A stretch of 64,000 bases of DNA, from NCBI GenBank assembly GCA_037447605.1, contig CM074812.1, forward strand, positions 2,914,001 to 2,978,000, written 5' to 3'. Both the position numbers and the translations under genes were made by a program. Position 1 is the first letter of the stretch. The number at the start of each line of letters is the position of its first letter. Below are positions 23,585 to 36,016 of the stretch, piece after piece. Under the pieces are notes generated by a model. The model searched no databases, had not been told where the DNA came from, and saw only the letters and a list, made by a program, of their open reading frames with translations. Source of the stretch: Zygnema circumcarinatum SAG 698-1b (Eukaryota > Plantae > Zygnematophyceae).

Positions 23585-25035
23585 CAGAGATGTAGAGAGG
23601 GAGGGGCAGAGAGGGAGAGGGATAAGGAGAGGGCGAGGGAGAGAGGCAATGGTACAGGGGGAGAGGCAGAGTGAGAGAGAGTGTGTGGCATTGAAGCGGA
23701 GAGAGTGGGGTAGGGAAAGTGTACCTTTCATCTTTATGCCTCTCTATTTCTCTCTCCCTATTCATATATGTATTTATCTTTCTTAACTCATTCGTACCAC
23801 TTGAAATTGCCCCCTTCATGCTTTTTTTTTTCCTTTTCTTATTAGTTCTTTCAATTTTTTTTTTTTTTCTGGTGGTTTGGGCAGGACAAAGCTGCGCAAA
23901 CGCTCTTCAGTCCATTGTCCGTTGCAGGCGACGGTTCCATGAAGAGCGTTGAGATTGAAATCGCAAAGGAGGAAGCCCCACATCGGATCAGCTTTGTTCT
24001 CAAGGTGGAAATCTCCTCTCTCTCTCCCTCTCTCTCTCCCCCTCTCTCTCCCTCCCTCTCCCCCTCTCTCTCCCTCCCTCTCCCCCTCTCTCTCCCTCTC
24101 TCTCCCTCTCTCTCTTCCTCTCTCTCCCCCTCTCATTCTCGCTTCTTGCTCTCTGTATGACCTTCTCTTTCTCCCTCTTGTATCTCGCCTTCCCTCTCCA
24201 ACTCTCTGTACACTCTCTGTCTCCCTCTTTCTCTCTCTCTCTCTATACCTATACACTCTCGTTCTCGCGCCCCTATCTCTCCCTCTCACCATCTTTCTCT
24301 CGTCCCTCACTACCGCTCTCCTCCTTGCTCCCTCTCAACACTCGGCCTCTAACCCCCCCACTCCCTCTCCACCCTCTATCTCCACCCTCTCTTTTCCCCT
24401 CCCTTTCCACCCTCTCTTTTCCCCTCCCTTTCCACCCTCTCTTTTCCCCTCCCTTTCCACCCTCTCTTTTCCCCTCCATCTCCACCCTCTCTCTTCCCCT
24501 TCCCCCCCACTTCCCATACACTTTTGACTTCAAATTTACATATTTGTTTGGCGCTAGCTTTTACTTTTAATATGTTCACAAGATTAAAAAAACCATCACT
24601 TCAAGTTCATCTTCTTTCTCCCTCCACACTCTAAGTTAATCCTTAACCAAAAAGTTTGACCCTAACCAAAACGTTAACCCCAAACTAAAATGTTAACCAT
24701 AAACCCAAAACGTTTGAAAACAAAACCTAAGCCAGAAAGTTAACCCTAAGCCAAAAAGCTAACCCAAAACCAAAAGTTAACTCGTTTTCGCCTTCAGGAT
24801 GAAGAGACGGGAAAGTGGATCAACAACAACGGCCGAGATTTTGTTATTGAGCTGCCGGATCCACCGCACATTTCCCGACCAGTGGATCCGAAGGAGACAG
24901 GATCCACCTCTGAAGTTAATCCTGGCCCTTTGGATCAACCGGAAGTGAACTCCGAGGGTTCAACCAACAGAGTGGACTCAGAAGAGAGTGGATCCGCGCA
25001 AGCAAGCTCGGGGAATGTGGGTGGTAGCCCACTCT

Positions 25036-25071
<36 letters not shown>

Positions 25072-28000
25072 TGTCTCTTCCTCGCCCTCGTTCTCTCGCG
25101 TTCTCACTCTCCCTCGCTTTTTTCCTCTCTCTATTTGTCTCCCTCTCTCCTATCTCCTCCTCTTTTTTTTCTCTCCCTCTCTTCCTTTCTCTTTCTCGTC
25201 CTCTCTCTCTCCCTCTTTCTCACTCCCTCATTGTTCTTGACTCCTCTCCTCTCCCTTCTCCTTTCTTCTTCTTCGACCTCACCTTCGTTTTTCCTCTCTC
25301 TCTTTCCGTGCCTCTTTCTCTATTTCTCTCTCTGTCTTCTATTTCGACTTCTCCCTGTCTCTCCCTCTCCCCATCCTCGCCTCCCTATTCCTCTCTTTCT
25401 CTTCCCCCTCCCACTATCCCTCTCCCTCACCCTCTCCTTCTCTCGCACCCTCACTCCCCTCCTCTCTCCCACTGTCCCTTCCTATTGGTCCCCTCACTCT
25501 CACCCTCTATTTCAAGAACTTCTAACTCCCATTGCGTTCCCCTTCTCTCTCCCTCCCTCTCCACCCCTCTCGCCTCCCCCCACTCCCTCCCTCCCTCCCT
25601 TCCTCCTTCCACTCCCCTCTCCCTCGCTCCCCATCTCCCCTCTTGCTCCCGCCCTTCTCCCTTTCCCTCCCCACTCCCTCTCTCCCTCTCCCTCCCTTCT
25701 CCCTCTCCCTCTCCCTCCCCTCTCCCTCTCTCCCCTTCTCCCTCCCTCCATCCCTTCTCCCTCTCCCTTTCCCTCACCTTCCCCTCTCTCCCCCTTCCCC
25801 CTCTCCCTCCTCCCTTCTTCCTCTCTCTCTCCCTCTCCCCCCCTCCCCCCTCTCTCCCCCCTCTCGCCCCCCTCTCTCCTCCCTCCCTCTCCCTCTCTCT
25901 CTAACCTAAAAACCTTCACCCCCCCTCTCTCCTTCCAGGTTTCTTTTCCGCCGTGACAAATTTCCTCGTGAGCGGAATTTCTCCCTCCCCGAATCAAACT
26001 TCCTCCTCTCAAAAAAATTCCAAAGATGGGCCCTCGCCAGAAAATGGGACCCTTTGGAAGTCTGAAATTTACAATTTAGAGAGGTCTATAGATGTAATTA
26101 AAAGAGTGAAAGTGAGAATAGAGAGAGGAGAAGACAGGCAGAGAGTCAAAGTCAAAATTGATACCGATTTCGACGAAAAAAAAGTTTTACTCCATTGGGG
26201 AGTAGTTGCCCCGGGCAGAAATAAAAAGGAATGGAGATTACCGCTGCCCGCAAACCGACCTCCGAACACGATTGTATATAAAGGGAAGGCGCTGCAAACT
26301 CCATTTTTGGTAAGGATGGGGTACAAATGGGGTTTGATTTTTTTGCATTTTTTCCCAAAATTTTATGAAATCTTGGACATTTTTTGTGATTGTTCTATTT
26401 AACTCTCTCTGCTTCCCGCTCGCTCTTTCTCTCTCTCTCACACTCTCTTTCTCTACCTTGCTCACTTGCTCTCTCGTTCTTGCTCTCCCTCTTTCTCTCT
26501 CGCCCCCCCACACTCTCTCTCCCTCTCCTCTCTCTCTCGTGCTCTTTTGGTCTCCCTCTTACCTCTCTCTCTCTCTCTCCCTCTTTCTCTCTCGCCCCCT
26601 CTCTTTCTCTCTCGCCCCCCCCTCTCTCTCCCTCTCCTCACTCTCTCTCGTGCTCTTTTGGTTCTCTCTCTCTGCCTCTTTCTCTCGTCCCCTCACTCTC
26701 TCTCTCCCTCTCACTCTCTCTCTCGTGCTCTTTTGGTCTCCCTCTTACCTCTCTCTCTCTATCCCCCTCTTTCTCTCTCGCCCCCTCTCTCTCTCTCGCC
26801 CCCCCTTCTCTCTCCCTCTCCTCACTCTCTCTCGTGCTCTTTTGGTTCTCTCTCTCTGCCTCTTTCTCTCGCCCCCTCACTCTCTCTCTCCCTCTCACTC
26901 TCTCTCTCGTGCTCTTTGGTCTCCCTCTTACCTCTCTCTCTCTATCCCCCGCTTTCTCTCTCGCCCCCTCTCTCTCTCTCGCCCCCCCTTCTCTCTCCCT
27001 CTCCTCACTCTCTCTCGTGCTCTTTTGGTTCTCTCTCTCTGCCTCTTTCTCTCGCCCCCTCACTCTCTTTCTCCCTCTCACTCTCTCTCTCGTGCTCTTT
27101 TGTTCTCCCTCTTACCTCTCTCTCTCTCTGCCTCCCTCCGTACTCTCGCTCTCCTTTTTTCTCTCCCATTCTCACTCACTCTCCTTCTCCTTCCCTGTGT
27201 TTTTGAAGGTCGATGAAGACCCAAGTTCCGGGAAGCTTCCGCTGTCTATATGTCTCGAAATTCCGCGAAACTATACGGGAATTCGATTTGTTTTAAAGGA
27301 AGAAAATTCGGAAATTTGGTACAACGATGACGGAGCGGATTTTTTCGTTCCTTTCCCACAAAAGGAGTCAGATTTGGTAACACTCGGAGTCACAAAAATT
27401 CAAGAAAAGGCAGAAAATGGTGTATATAGAAATAGTCTTTTGGTGCCCCAAAAAAGTAGTATGAACGGAAGGGGTACAAATGGGGTTAACTTTGGGATGG
27501 ACGAAAATATCCCCAAAAGCGGTCCTCCCCCCCCTTCTCCCCCTCTCCCTCTCCCTCTCCCTCTCCCTCTCTCTCCCCCTCCCCCTTCCCTCAACGGAGC
27601 TTCTACGGAAACGGTGGAACGGAAGACATGGAACGAGCCGGTAAAAACTCCGTTGAACCAAATAACGGAAACGGTCACTGTAACGGAATCCGTAAAGGAA
27701 ATGGTAACTGAAACGGTAACGGAGCACCCGTTTTCAGTTAACCCCCAACGGCTACATGGGTGGTGGTTGGGAGAATCTGCCTCTCCCGGAACAGCATCCG
27801 GAAAGGAAATTTTATTTCACGGATTTAATTGGGAGTCGCATAAAGGCGGAAATTGGTATGAAATTTTGGCGAAAAGGGCGAAGGAAATAGCGGAAATGGG
27901 ATTTACGGCAGTTTGGATGCCTCCGTTTACGGAATCCGTATCACCGGAAGGTTACATGCCGAGAGACCTTTACAATCTCAACTCGAGGTGAGAGAGAGAG

Positions 28001-29877
28001 CGAGAGAGCGAGAGAGTTGAAGAGATAGATGGGGGCAGAGAGAGAGAGGGAGAGAGAGAGAGAGATGGGGGTAGAGAGAGAGAGAGAGGGAGGACGAGAG
28101 AGAGGAAGGGGTGAGAGAGATATGGGAGAAAGATTCCCAAGATACTAGATTTTTTACTTCACTTCCATTTACCTTCGGACCTTTTCTTTACTGGTTCCCG
28201 CTTCTTCCTTTTCTCTCCGACGAGCTCTCCCCTCCGTCCCTCGCCCCTCTCTCCCCCTTCCCTCTCCCAATCTCTCCCTCGATCTTCCTCTACCCACTCT
28301 CTCCCCTCTCTCTCCCCACTCCCCCGTTCCTCCCCCAACACTATTCCTCACTACCCCCTACTCCACCCCTCCCACTCCTTCGTACCCTCTCTCTCTCCCC
28401 TCTCCCTCTTCCCTCTCCCTCCCTCCCTCCATCCCACACCCCCCACTTCCCCTCTTCCCTCTCGCCTCCCGCTCCCTTCCCACCCTCCCTCCACTCTCCC
28501 TCCCAACCTCTCCCTCTCCTCTCTCACCCAACCACCCCCTCTCCACCCCCCCCTTCACTTCTTCCCTCTCGCCTCCCACCCTCCCTCCACTCTCCCTCCG
28601 CTATCCTTCCCAACCCCTCCATCACCTCCTTTCTTTCCCACCCACTCTCCCTCCGCCCCCCCCTTCCTCCCTTCCCTCTCGCCTCCCACCCTCCCTCCAC
28701 TCTCCCTCCCAACCTCTCCCTCCCCTCCCCTCCCCTCCTCTCTCTCCCACCCACTCTCCCACCGCCCCCCTCTTCCCCTCATCCCTCTCCCCTCCCATCC
28801 TCCCTTCACTCTCCCTCCCACCCTCCCTCCACTCTCCCTCCCCTCCTCTCCCTCCCACCCATCCCCCCCCCCTCCTCTCTCCCCCTGCAGGTACGGTAGC
28901 GAGGCAGCTCTGAAGCTTGCTGTACGGGCGTTCCATGCGGAGGGCGTTTCCGTTCTGGGCGACGCTGTACTGAACCATCGATGCGCGCACGGACAGGACG
29001 AGCATGGAACATGGAACCGCTTTGGAGGGAGACTCGCGTGGGACAGCCGGGCCATAGTCTGCGATGATCCGCACTTTCGGGTCTCTCTCACTCTCTCTCC
29101 CTCCCGCCCTCGCTCTCTCTCACTTTTTCTCTTTCTCTCTCTCTCGTTCTCTCTCTCTTTCTCTTTCTCTCTCTCTCTCGCCCTCTCTGAGTTCCTCTCT
29201 CTCCATTCCCCTCTCTCGTACCATTTCTCTCTCTGTTTCTGTCTCTCTCAGCTCTCTTGCTTTCTCTCGCTCTGTGTGGTGTATCACTCTGTGTCTACCT
29301 CTATGTCGCTTTTCGGTTTTTTCCCCCCCTCTCTCTCTCACTCTATCTCCAGATCTAATTCGATTTCAATTCTAATTTTAAATCCAGATCTCTTCTGCTC
29401 TCCATCCCTCCCTCCCTCCCTCCCTCCCTCCCTCCCCCGCCCTCTCCGTTCCTATCTCCCTTCCTCTCCCTTCCCCTCCCTCTCCCTCCCTTTCTCCCTC
29501 CCCCGCCCTCTCCCTTCCTCTCGCTCCCGCCCTCTCCCTCCCCCGCCTTCCCCCTTCCTCTCTCCCTCCCTCCCTCTCCCTTCATCTCTCTCTCTCTCCC
29601 TCCCTCTCCCTCCCCCGCCCTCCCCCTTCCTCTCTCCCTCCCTCCCTCCCTCTCCCTCCATTTCTCTCCCTTCCTCTCCCTCCATCTCTCTCTCCTTCCC
29701 TCTCCCTCCCCCTCCCCCTCCCTCCCTCTCCCTTCATCTCTCACTCTCTCCCTCCCTCTCCCTCCCCCAGGGGCGAGGCAACCCCAGCACGGGAGAGAAC
29801 TTCCACGCAGCTCCGAACATCGACCACTCGCAACCCTTTGTTCGGAGAGATATCGCCCAATGGCTCCGTTGGCTACG
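21630..29877 (+). CDS. AMY3: Chloroplast alpha-amylase 3 (two CBM45 modules + GH13 domain), 3' end missing
   Basis: Exons 21630-22133 (Ser-rich transit peptide), 22927-23051 (LLHWGV), 23440-23494, 23885-24004, 24798-25038, 25939-26309 (LLHWGV), 27209-27987 (EILFHGFNWES...GYMPRDLYNLNSR), 28891-29080 (GDAVLNHRCA) and 29771-29877 (FHAAPNIDHSQ). All are GT-AG and phase-compatible. The remaining catalytic exons were not found after the 30418-30517 gap. Confidence 0.95.
26380..27200. repeat. CT-rich minisatellite in AMY3 intron
   Basis: The higher-order unit containing ctctctcgtgctcttttgg recurs several times. Confidence 0.7.
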
Positions 29878-30417
29878 GTAAGAAATTTCATATTAAAAAA
29901 AAATCATTCAGTCATCATTCATATTATGGATATTTACGAGAACTTAAAATCATAATCGGGAGTTATATGTCCCAAAAAAGGGTATGTTCGGAAACTACAC
30001 ACTAAAAATAAAGACAAGAACATAATATGTATGTATGACATGAGGGGGAATGCGGGAATTCCCCAATTTCTCCTCCTCTTACTTCCTTTTCTCCTCCCCT
30101 ATCCCCCACACCTTCCCCTCTCCCTCTCGGACTCTCACTTCCCCCACTCCACTTCTCTCTCCCCCCTGTCTTTCCTTCCCCTCCCACCCACTCTCTCTCT
30201 CTATCTCCCTCCCCCAAACTCTCTCCCCTCCGTCCCAACCCCACTCCCTCCATCTCCCCCCCAACCCCCCCTTCGTCCCTCCCCTCCCATCAAACTCCCA
30301 CACCCAACTCCACCCCCACACTACCCCCCCTCCCCTCCTCCTCCCTCCCACTCCCCCCTCTTCCTCCCACTCCCCCCTCTCTCCCACTCCCCCCGCTCTC
30401 CCACTCCCCTCCCTCCT

Positions 30418-30517
30418 NNNNNNNNNNNNNNNNNNNNNNNNNNNNNNNNNNNNNNNNNNNNNNNNNNNNNNNNNNNNNNNNNNNNNNNNNNNNNNNNNNN
30501 NNNNNNNNNNNNNNNNN
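30418..30517. other. 100-N scaffold gap (other gaps of 10 N at 2053, 9921, 33348, 34339, 36557, 44973, 57024, 58889)
   Basis: N runs in the sequence; adjacency across this gap is not guaranteed. Confidence 0.99.
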
Positions 30518-33500
30518 AAGCGCGCCTGGTGCCAACACCTCAACTTCACAAAGGGTCAAGTAGTGACTGGCGGGAATAACCACCCACACGTACCGCCCGG
30601 GGAGGCTGTTGCAGCTCTTTCTGAAAGGATAGGCTTTGTTCCGCAGCGACTTGTTGTAGACGTACACGTCTTGCGCCCCGCACTCGACGTTCGTGGAGGC
30701 GTTGAAACCACGAGGAGAGGAACCCACAAAAACTTGGACGTAGTCGAAGCGCGAGAGAACAATGTGCGGCGCAGAGTCGTTCCGGCTGTAGAGGAGGACG
30801 TGGCTGATGGTGTAGCAGTCTTGGAGGTCGACCATGAAGTATGGGAACGACCGCCATTCGGCGAAGGCGCAAACATCGCTGCCGATCCCACTGGGAGGGA
30901 GAAGCCCATCGACTGCATTGTCAGCCAAGCAGTCGTTGCAGTCAGATTTTCTTTTGTATTGGATGGCGGGTTTGTGGAGAGCCAAGTTCCCTGCATGGAG
31001 CAAGAGGAGACCAACCCCAACCAGTCGATGTCAGAAAAAAGCAAAAAAAATCAATATTGATATATAGTTGCCGATATAGTATGGTCATACCGATTGTCAT
31101 GGGGCTTTAAAGTATGGTTAGAGCGTGTACTGATAAGTCCACTACAGAGGTTGTAATGAAATGCATACTCACGTTCAGGAATGGAAGGATCTGAGCGAGG
31201 ACTCGTTTGACAAAGTTGTGGGGGAGGTGGCCGAGGCGGTGGTGGAGAACGCGGAGGAGGCCGCCGGGGAGGGGGAGGACGACGGGGGGGAGGGCGACGG
31301 GGTGAAGGAGAGGGTGGAGGGGGTGAAGGAGGGGGTGAAGGAGAGGGTGGAGGGGGTGAAGGATAGGGTGGAGGGGGTGAAGGAGAGGGTGGAGGGGGAG
31401 AAGGATAGGGTGGAGGGGGTGAAGGAGGGGGTGCAGGAGAGGGTGGAGGGGGAGAAGGATAGGGTGGAGAGGGTGAAGGAGAGGGTGCAGGAGAGGGTGG
31501 AGAGGGTGAAGGAGGGGGTGCAGGAGAGGGTGAAGGAGGGGGTGCAGGAGAGGGTGGAGGGGGTGAGGGAGATGGTGGAGGGGGTGAAGGAGGGGGTGCA
31601 GAAGAGGGTAGAGGGATTGAAGGATAGGGTGGAGGGGGTAAAGGAGGGGGTGCAGGAGAGGATGGAGGGGGTGAAGGAGAGGGTGGAGGGGGTGCAGGAG
31701 AGGGTGGAGGGGGTGAAGGAGATGGTGGAGGAAGGGGTGTATTGGGTGAAGGAGAGGGTGGAGGGAGTAAAGGAGAGGGTGCAGGAGAGGGTGGTGACGA
31801 GACTGAAACAAAACAGGAACCCAACGAAAATAGCGTCAGTCTGTTGATCATTAGATTGAAGCTTCTGTGACAAAGATTCACTGATGTGCAGATTACTCGT
31901 GGTAGAAAAACCTGGAAAGTACCGGAAAGTGAAGAAGCCTAGCTAATGGTTACCCAAATGCACGACCATCCAATCAGAAAAGAGAATGATTGCGAAAACG
32001 GAGCATGTGAGAGCAGTTGAGTTTAAGCCACCAAAAGCAGGTGCTCAGAGAGACGTTGTTCTCATGCATAAGATGACATCATCTAAATATATATCGAAGA
32101 TAAAAAATCTTATGCCTTACCTTATCTTACGGTTATATCTTATATCATATACCTCATCATTGTTCAATGCGTACCTTCACGAACAACGCGCACTTCGGCG
32201 ACGTTGAGAACTTGGTTGCTCGTCTTCAACACCAACCAAACATATCTTCCAGAAAGTGTGCAGCTCTTCAAGAACGGAAACCCAAACGACCCCGAATCGT
32301 AATCAAAAACGGCTCCCGAATCGCATTCTTTGTCTTCAGCATCCCATGGAGAGTTTCCACTTGCGATGCCATTGGTAAAAAAGACTTGAACTTTGTTGAG
32401 CCGCCGTCGGCAAGGGGGGCAGTTCTTGTCGTTGCAGCATCCCCTATTGTAAATCTCCACTCGGTTGATAGTATAGACTGCTCCCAAGTCGACCCTCCAC
32501 CATGGGTTCGATTGCTTGTTGGTTTCGAAACCATCTCCCCAAGGAGAGCCGTCCACTCCATAGCTGCCGTCAGTACTGCTTGAGCTCATATCTGTCGGCT
32601 TGCCTAAGGCCAAATTTTCTGCATCAGAAAGAAATAGAGACAGACAGAAAGCCAGCAAGACTATCATTAACAGGTTCACATCGACAAAAATAGACAAATT
32701 CACGAATTTGAAATCCGTTGTTTTGAATTGAATGTCTGTTCTACTCGCTTGAAAACACCATCATCATCATATCATGAACTACGGTGAATCGCTAAGCATA
32801 GTTTTCGATCACATATATGGCAGTGAAACGGCTTTGAAGCACCCCCAAACATCCCAACTTTCAATGCAATCGGCATACATCACAATATAGAGCTTTGCCT
32901 CCTCCTTTAGAGCAGGAGAGCCCCATCGCTTCGAAACGGAGCTGCGTGCGTACCTCCAGAGAATCCTGAAACGGCGACTCCCGGGTCCGTCTCAACAACG
33001 CCGGGCCCCACTGAAGTCTTCAGAAAGCATTGCTGCGTTTGGTAGTAGTACGTGAAAGCGCCGCAGGCCGAGTTCGCATTGCAAAGCGCGCAACACCTCT
33101 CCTTTGAACTCGCGGTACTTACTGAGAGGTCGAACCCCGAAATCGAATACGCCTCTAGGAAGGTGCACACTGGTGAGACTGCGGGAAGAGAGAGAGAGGG
33201 AGAGTAAGTAAGTAATGAGTAAGTGAATGAGTGAAGGGAAGAGACTGATGGAGTAGTTTTCGATTCTTGTGAAGTTGAGAGGAGAAAAGCAATGCAAGTA
33301 CAAACCTCCCTCCCCTCCCCTCCCTCCCCTCCCTCTCCTCCCTCCCCNNNNNNNNNNCATCCCTGCCCTCCCTCCCCTCCCTCCCTTCCCTCCCCTCCAT
33401 CCTAGTGGGCCTTACGTCCATCCGCCCTCGCTTGCTCCCACATTGAGATCAGCACCACGGAGAGGACGAGCGACGTCTTCCAAATCTTCAATCCTCTGAA

Positions 33501-33530
33501 ATCCCACAAGGTTCGAACTCTCGCCGCCAT
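30518..33530 (-). CDS. Secreted modular protein, copy L: signal peptide, PAN/apple, F-type (fucolectin-like) lectin, Ser-Pro extensin-like rod, F-type lectin
   Basis: Exons 33530-33416 (MAARVRTLWDFRGLKIWKTSLVLSVVLISMWEQARADG), 33178-32954 (225 nt; CC..C..C...C PAN pattern), 32618-32175 (444 nt; NLALGKPT...VDG...NPWWRVDL...GRYV), 31802-31173 (630 nt SPPPP repeats) and 30990-30518 (NLALHKP...AVDG...YFMVDL...GRYV...LTLCEVEV). All introns are phase 1. The frame stays open up to the gap. Confidence 0.85.
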
Positions 33531-33956
33531 GTCTCGAGCCGCGGCCGGAGTGGCCCAGAGAGGAAGTGGTTAAAGGGAGGCACAAGAATACCGCCTGCCG
33601 CCCGACAGTATATTTAGGATCTGGCACCGACATTGACACGTGTGAACGTACGTCTTACACATCACTAAATTGGACGCACGTGCGCTCCCACAAATCAGTC
33701 AAGTTGAGTCAAGATCTGTCCATTTGGTGGTAAATGTTTCGCGGTACAGACAATATACGTGGCAATTGAATGTCACTTTCTTCATGGCAATACGACAATT
33801 ACACGTGGGAATAGGTATTTCTATTGGTTGTAAATGATTGTTGACAGGCTGGTGACTGTACGAATCCTTGGTATTGTAATGGTTCCCTGCAGGCGACGCT
33901 CTGATCTGGGTGGCATGACCTCCCTTGTCGGTCACAAAGATGACGTCATTTATCGG

Positions 33957-34737
33957 GGGGGCGACTATTTACAGTGTCCTTTTTCTGAATGTAGTGTACA
34001 CTTTCGCCGGGCAGCAAAAAAAAAGGATTTTTTTGGCGAAAAATGCTGTTTGATACTTTTCAGAATAGATACAGACCTTTTTTCGTCGGATGTACGGATG
34101 GTGATTTGAAATGTACGAAGCGCGCGCGTCTACAAGGTATAAGGGCGCAACACGTGGAGCGACATGATTGGTCGCAGCAACATATGACGTGACAAGTATG
34201 TTTGGTACCGTGACGTGACAAAACGAGACGCGAAAAAAGTGGAGTCCGCGGACGGCAGTCGGAAATGGCGGGAATTAAAACTGACAGATTTTTCCTGAAA
34301 CACGCTACGTTATGTGCCCTATCTTTTTCTGTCAGTTTNNNNNNNNNNGCGGGAATTAAAACTGACAGAAAAAGATAGGGCACATAACGTAGCGTGTTTC
34401 AGGAAAAATCTGTCAGTTTTAATTCCCGCCATTTCCGACTGCCGTCCGCGGACTCCACTTTTTTCGCGTCTCGTTTGTCACGTCACGGTACCAAACATAC
34501 TTGTCACGTCATATGTTGCTGCGACCAATCATGTCGCTCCACGTGTTGCGCCCTTATACCTTGTAGTCTCGCGCGCTTTGTAAATATCAAATCACCATCC
34601 GTACATCCGACGAAAAAGGTCTGTATCTATTCTGAAAAGTATGAAACAGGATTTTTCGCCAAAAAAATCCTTTTTTTTGCTGCCCGGCGAAAGCGTACAC
34701 TACATTCAGAAAAAGGACACTGTAAATAGTCGCCCCC
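33957..34737. mobile_element. Non-autonomous foldback DNA transposon (MULE- or hAT-like MITE) with about 350-bp TIRs and an 8-bp TSD
   Basis: Termini GGGGGCGACTATTTACAG / CTGTAAATAGTCGCCCCC with near-identical long arms. Flanks are tttatcgg (33949-33956) and tttttcgg (34738-34745). The empty site tttgtcgg is present in the opposite arm of the large inversion, near 35600. Confidence 0.85.
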
Positions 34738-34859
34738 TTTTTCGGTCGTAATGGCGTCATTTTCTTTCGCCTCGTCCCTTTTGCTTGTCGGATCTGCCAT
34801 TGGCTGACGGCGGAAAACTTTGTCCTATTACACATTCGGTTTTAGTCGGCTTACTTGAA

Positions 34860-35500
34860 CCAATCAGTGCTCGCCACGTGTCGGCCACGTTGTCCTCACG
34901 TGATCGTCGGTAATTAGCTCCGAGCTGGAGGCCACGACCGGTGGCTGCGTGCCACGTGGCACGAGACATACAGGTGATGTGTGGCATGGACACGTGACTG
35001 GACAGAAAGTATGGATTGCCACGTGGCATCATATAATTGGAAAATGTCATCGTGGCAGTCACGTCAGCCACAAGTTGTCAAAAAGCGTCTTAGCACACTA
35101 AACGACAAAATGGAATTCCAAAAGCCGAGTACCGGTAGGTGCCCTTACGCCGAGCAGGCGGTAAGGCGGCTAAAGCCCACCAATGAACGCCGGCCACGTG
35201 GTACCCTTTAACGTGGAAAATCAGTTTCCCGGCAGCCGTGAAAAACCGTTTTTCTTCCCAATTGGATAGAAAGGCCTTTCAGATGAACCAATAAGAGACG
35301 GCCAATGTGGGCAAACAACACGGGAGTGTCGGCTTAAACGAATCCGAAAGTGCCACGTGGTGATCTCCGCTTGACAATTAATGAGTGGCTCTCGGACAGC
35401 TAAATTGTTTAAGATGCAATGGGAGTGCGGCACGTGTTCTGCGACCTGTCTTTTGTGCACACGTGGCATACTTTGATTGGAGGCCATGGACCAAGCGAAA
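34860..35500. promoter_or_regulatory. G-box-dense centre of the inverted duplication; candidate shared bidirectional promoter region
   Basis: About ten CACGTG plus further ACGT cores (gccacgtgtc, gccacgtggc x2, gccacgtggt x2, gacacgtg, gcacgtg) and several CCAAT, between two divergent ATGs (33530 and 36017). Confidence 0.5.
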
Positions 35501-36016
35501 ACAACAAAAGCGTTAGTGGACAAAGTTCTCCACCGTCAGCCAATTGGGATCCGATAAGTCCGGGGGACGAGACACGTAGTTAGGTGACGTCTATCCACCG
35601 ACAAATGACGCCATTTCCACTCTCAAGTGGCGTCATGCCACCCGACAATCCCAGCGTAGCCTGTTGTGAGCCATAATGGAGCCAAGGATTGGTACAGGGA
35701 ACAGCCTGTCAAAAGCCTTCTTTGGACCAATAGAATTTTTAGTTCCCACGTGCGATTTGTCGTATTATACACTAGCAAGTGACAGGCAAATGCCTAGAAT
35801 CTTGTCTGTATCGTTGAACATTTAATGCCTAATGGACTTGATCTTGAATTGAGATTGACTGAGCACATGCTGCCAATTATATAATATGTACAGAAGTACG
35901 GTCCCACGTGTCAATGTCGGTGCCAGATCCTATATATGGTAATGGGCGGCCGCCTGTCTTCTTGCGCTTCCCTTTGTCCCTTTCCTCTCTGGGCCGCCCT
36001 GGCCGCGGCTCGAGCC

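Noticed and set aside
24620-24782. Degenerate telomere-like (CCCTAA..) repeats in an AMY3 intron; similar short tracts at 7950-8050, 41895-41930 and 50715-50745
   Set aside because: Short and degenerate; no evidence for chromosome fusion or interstitial telomere arrays.
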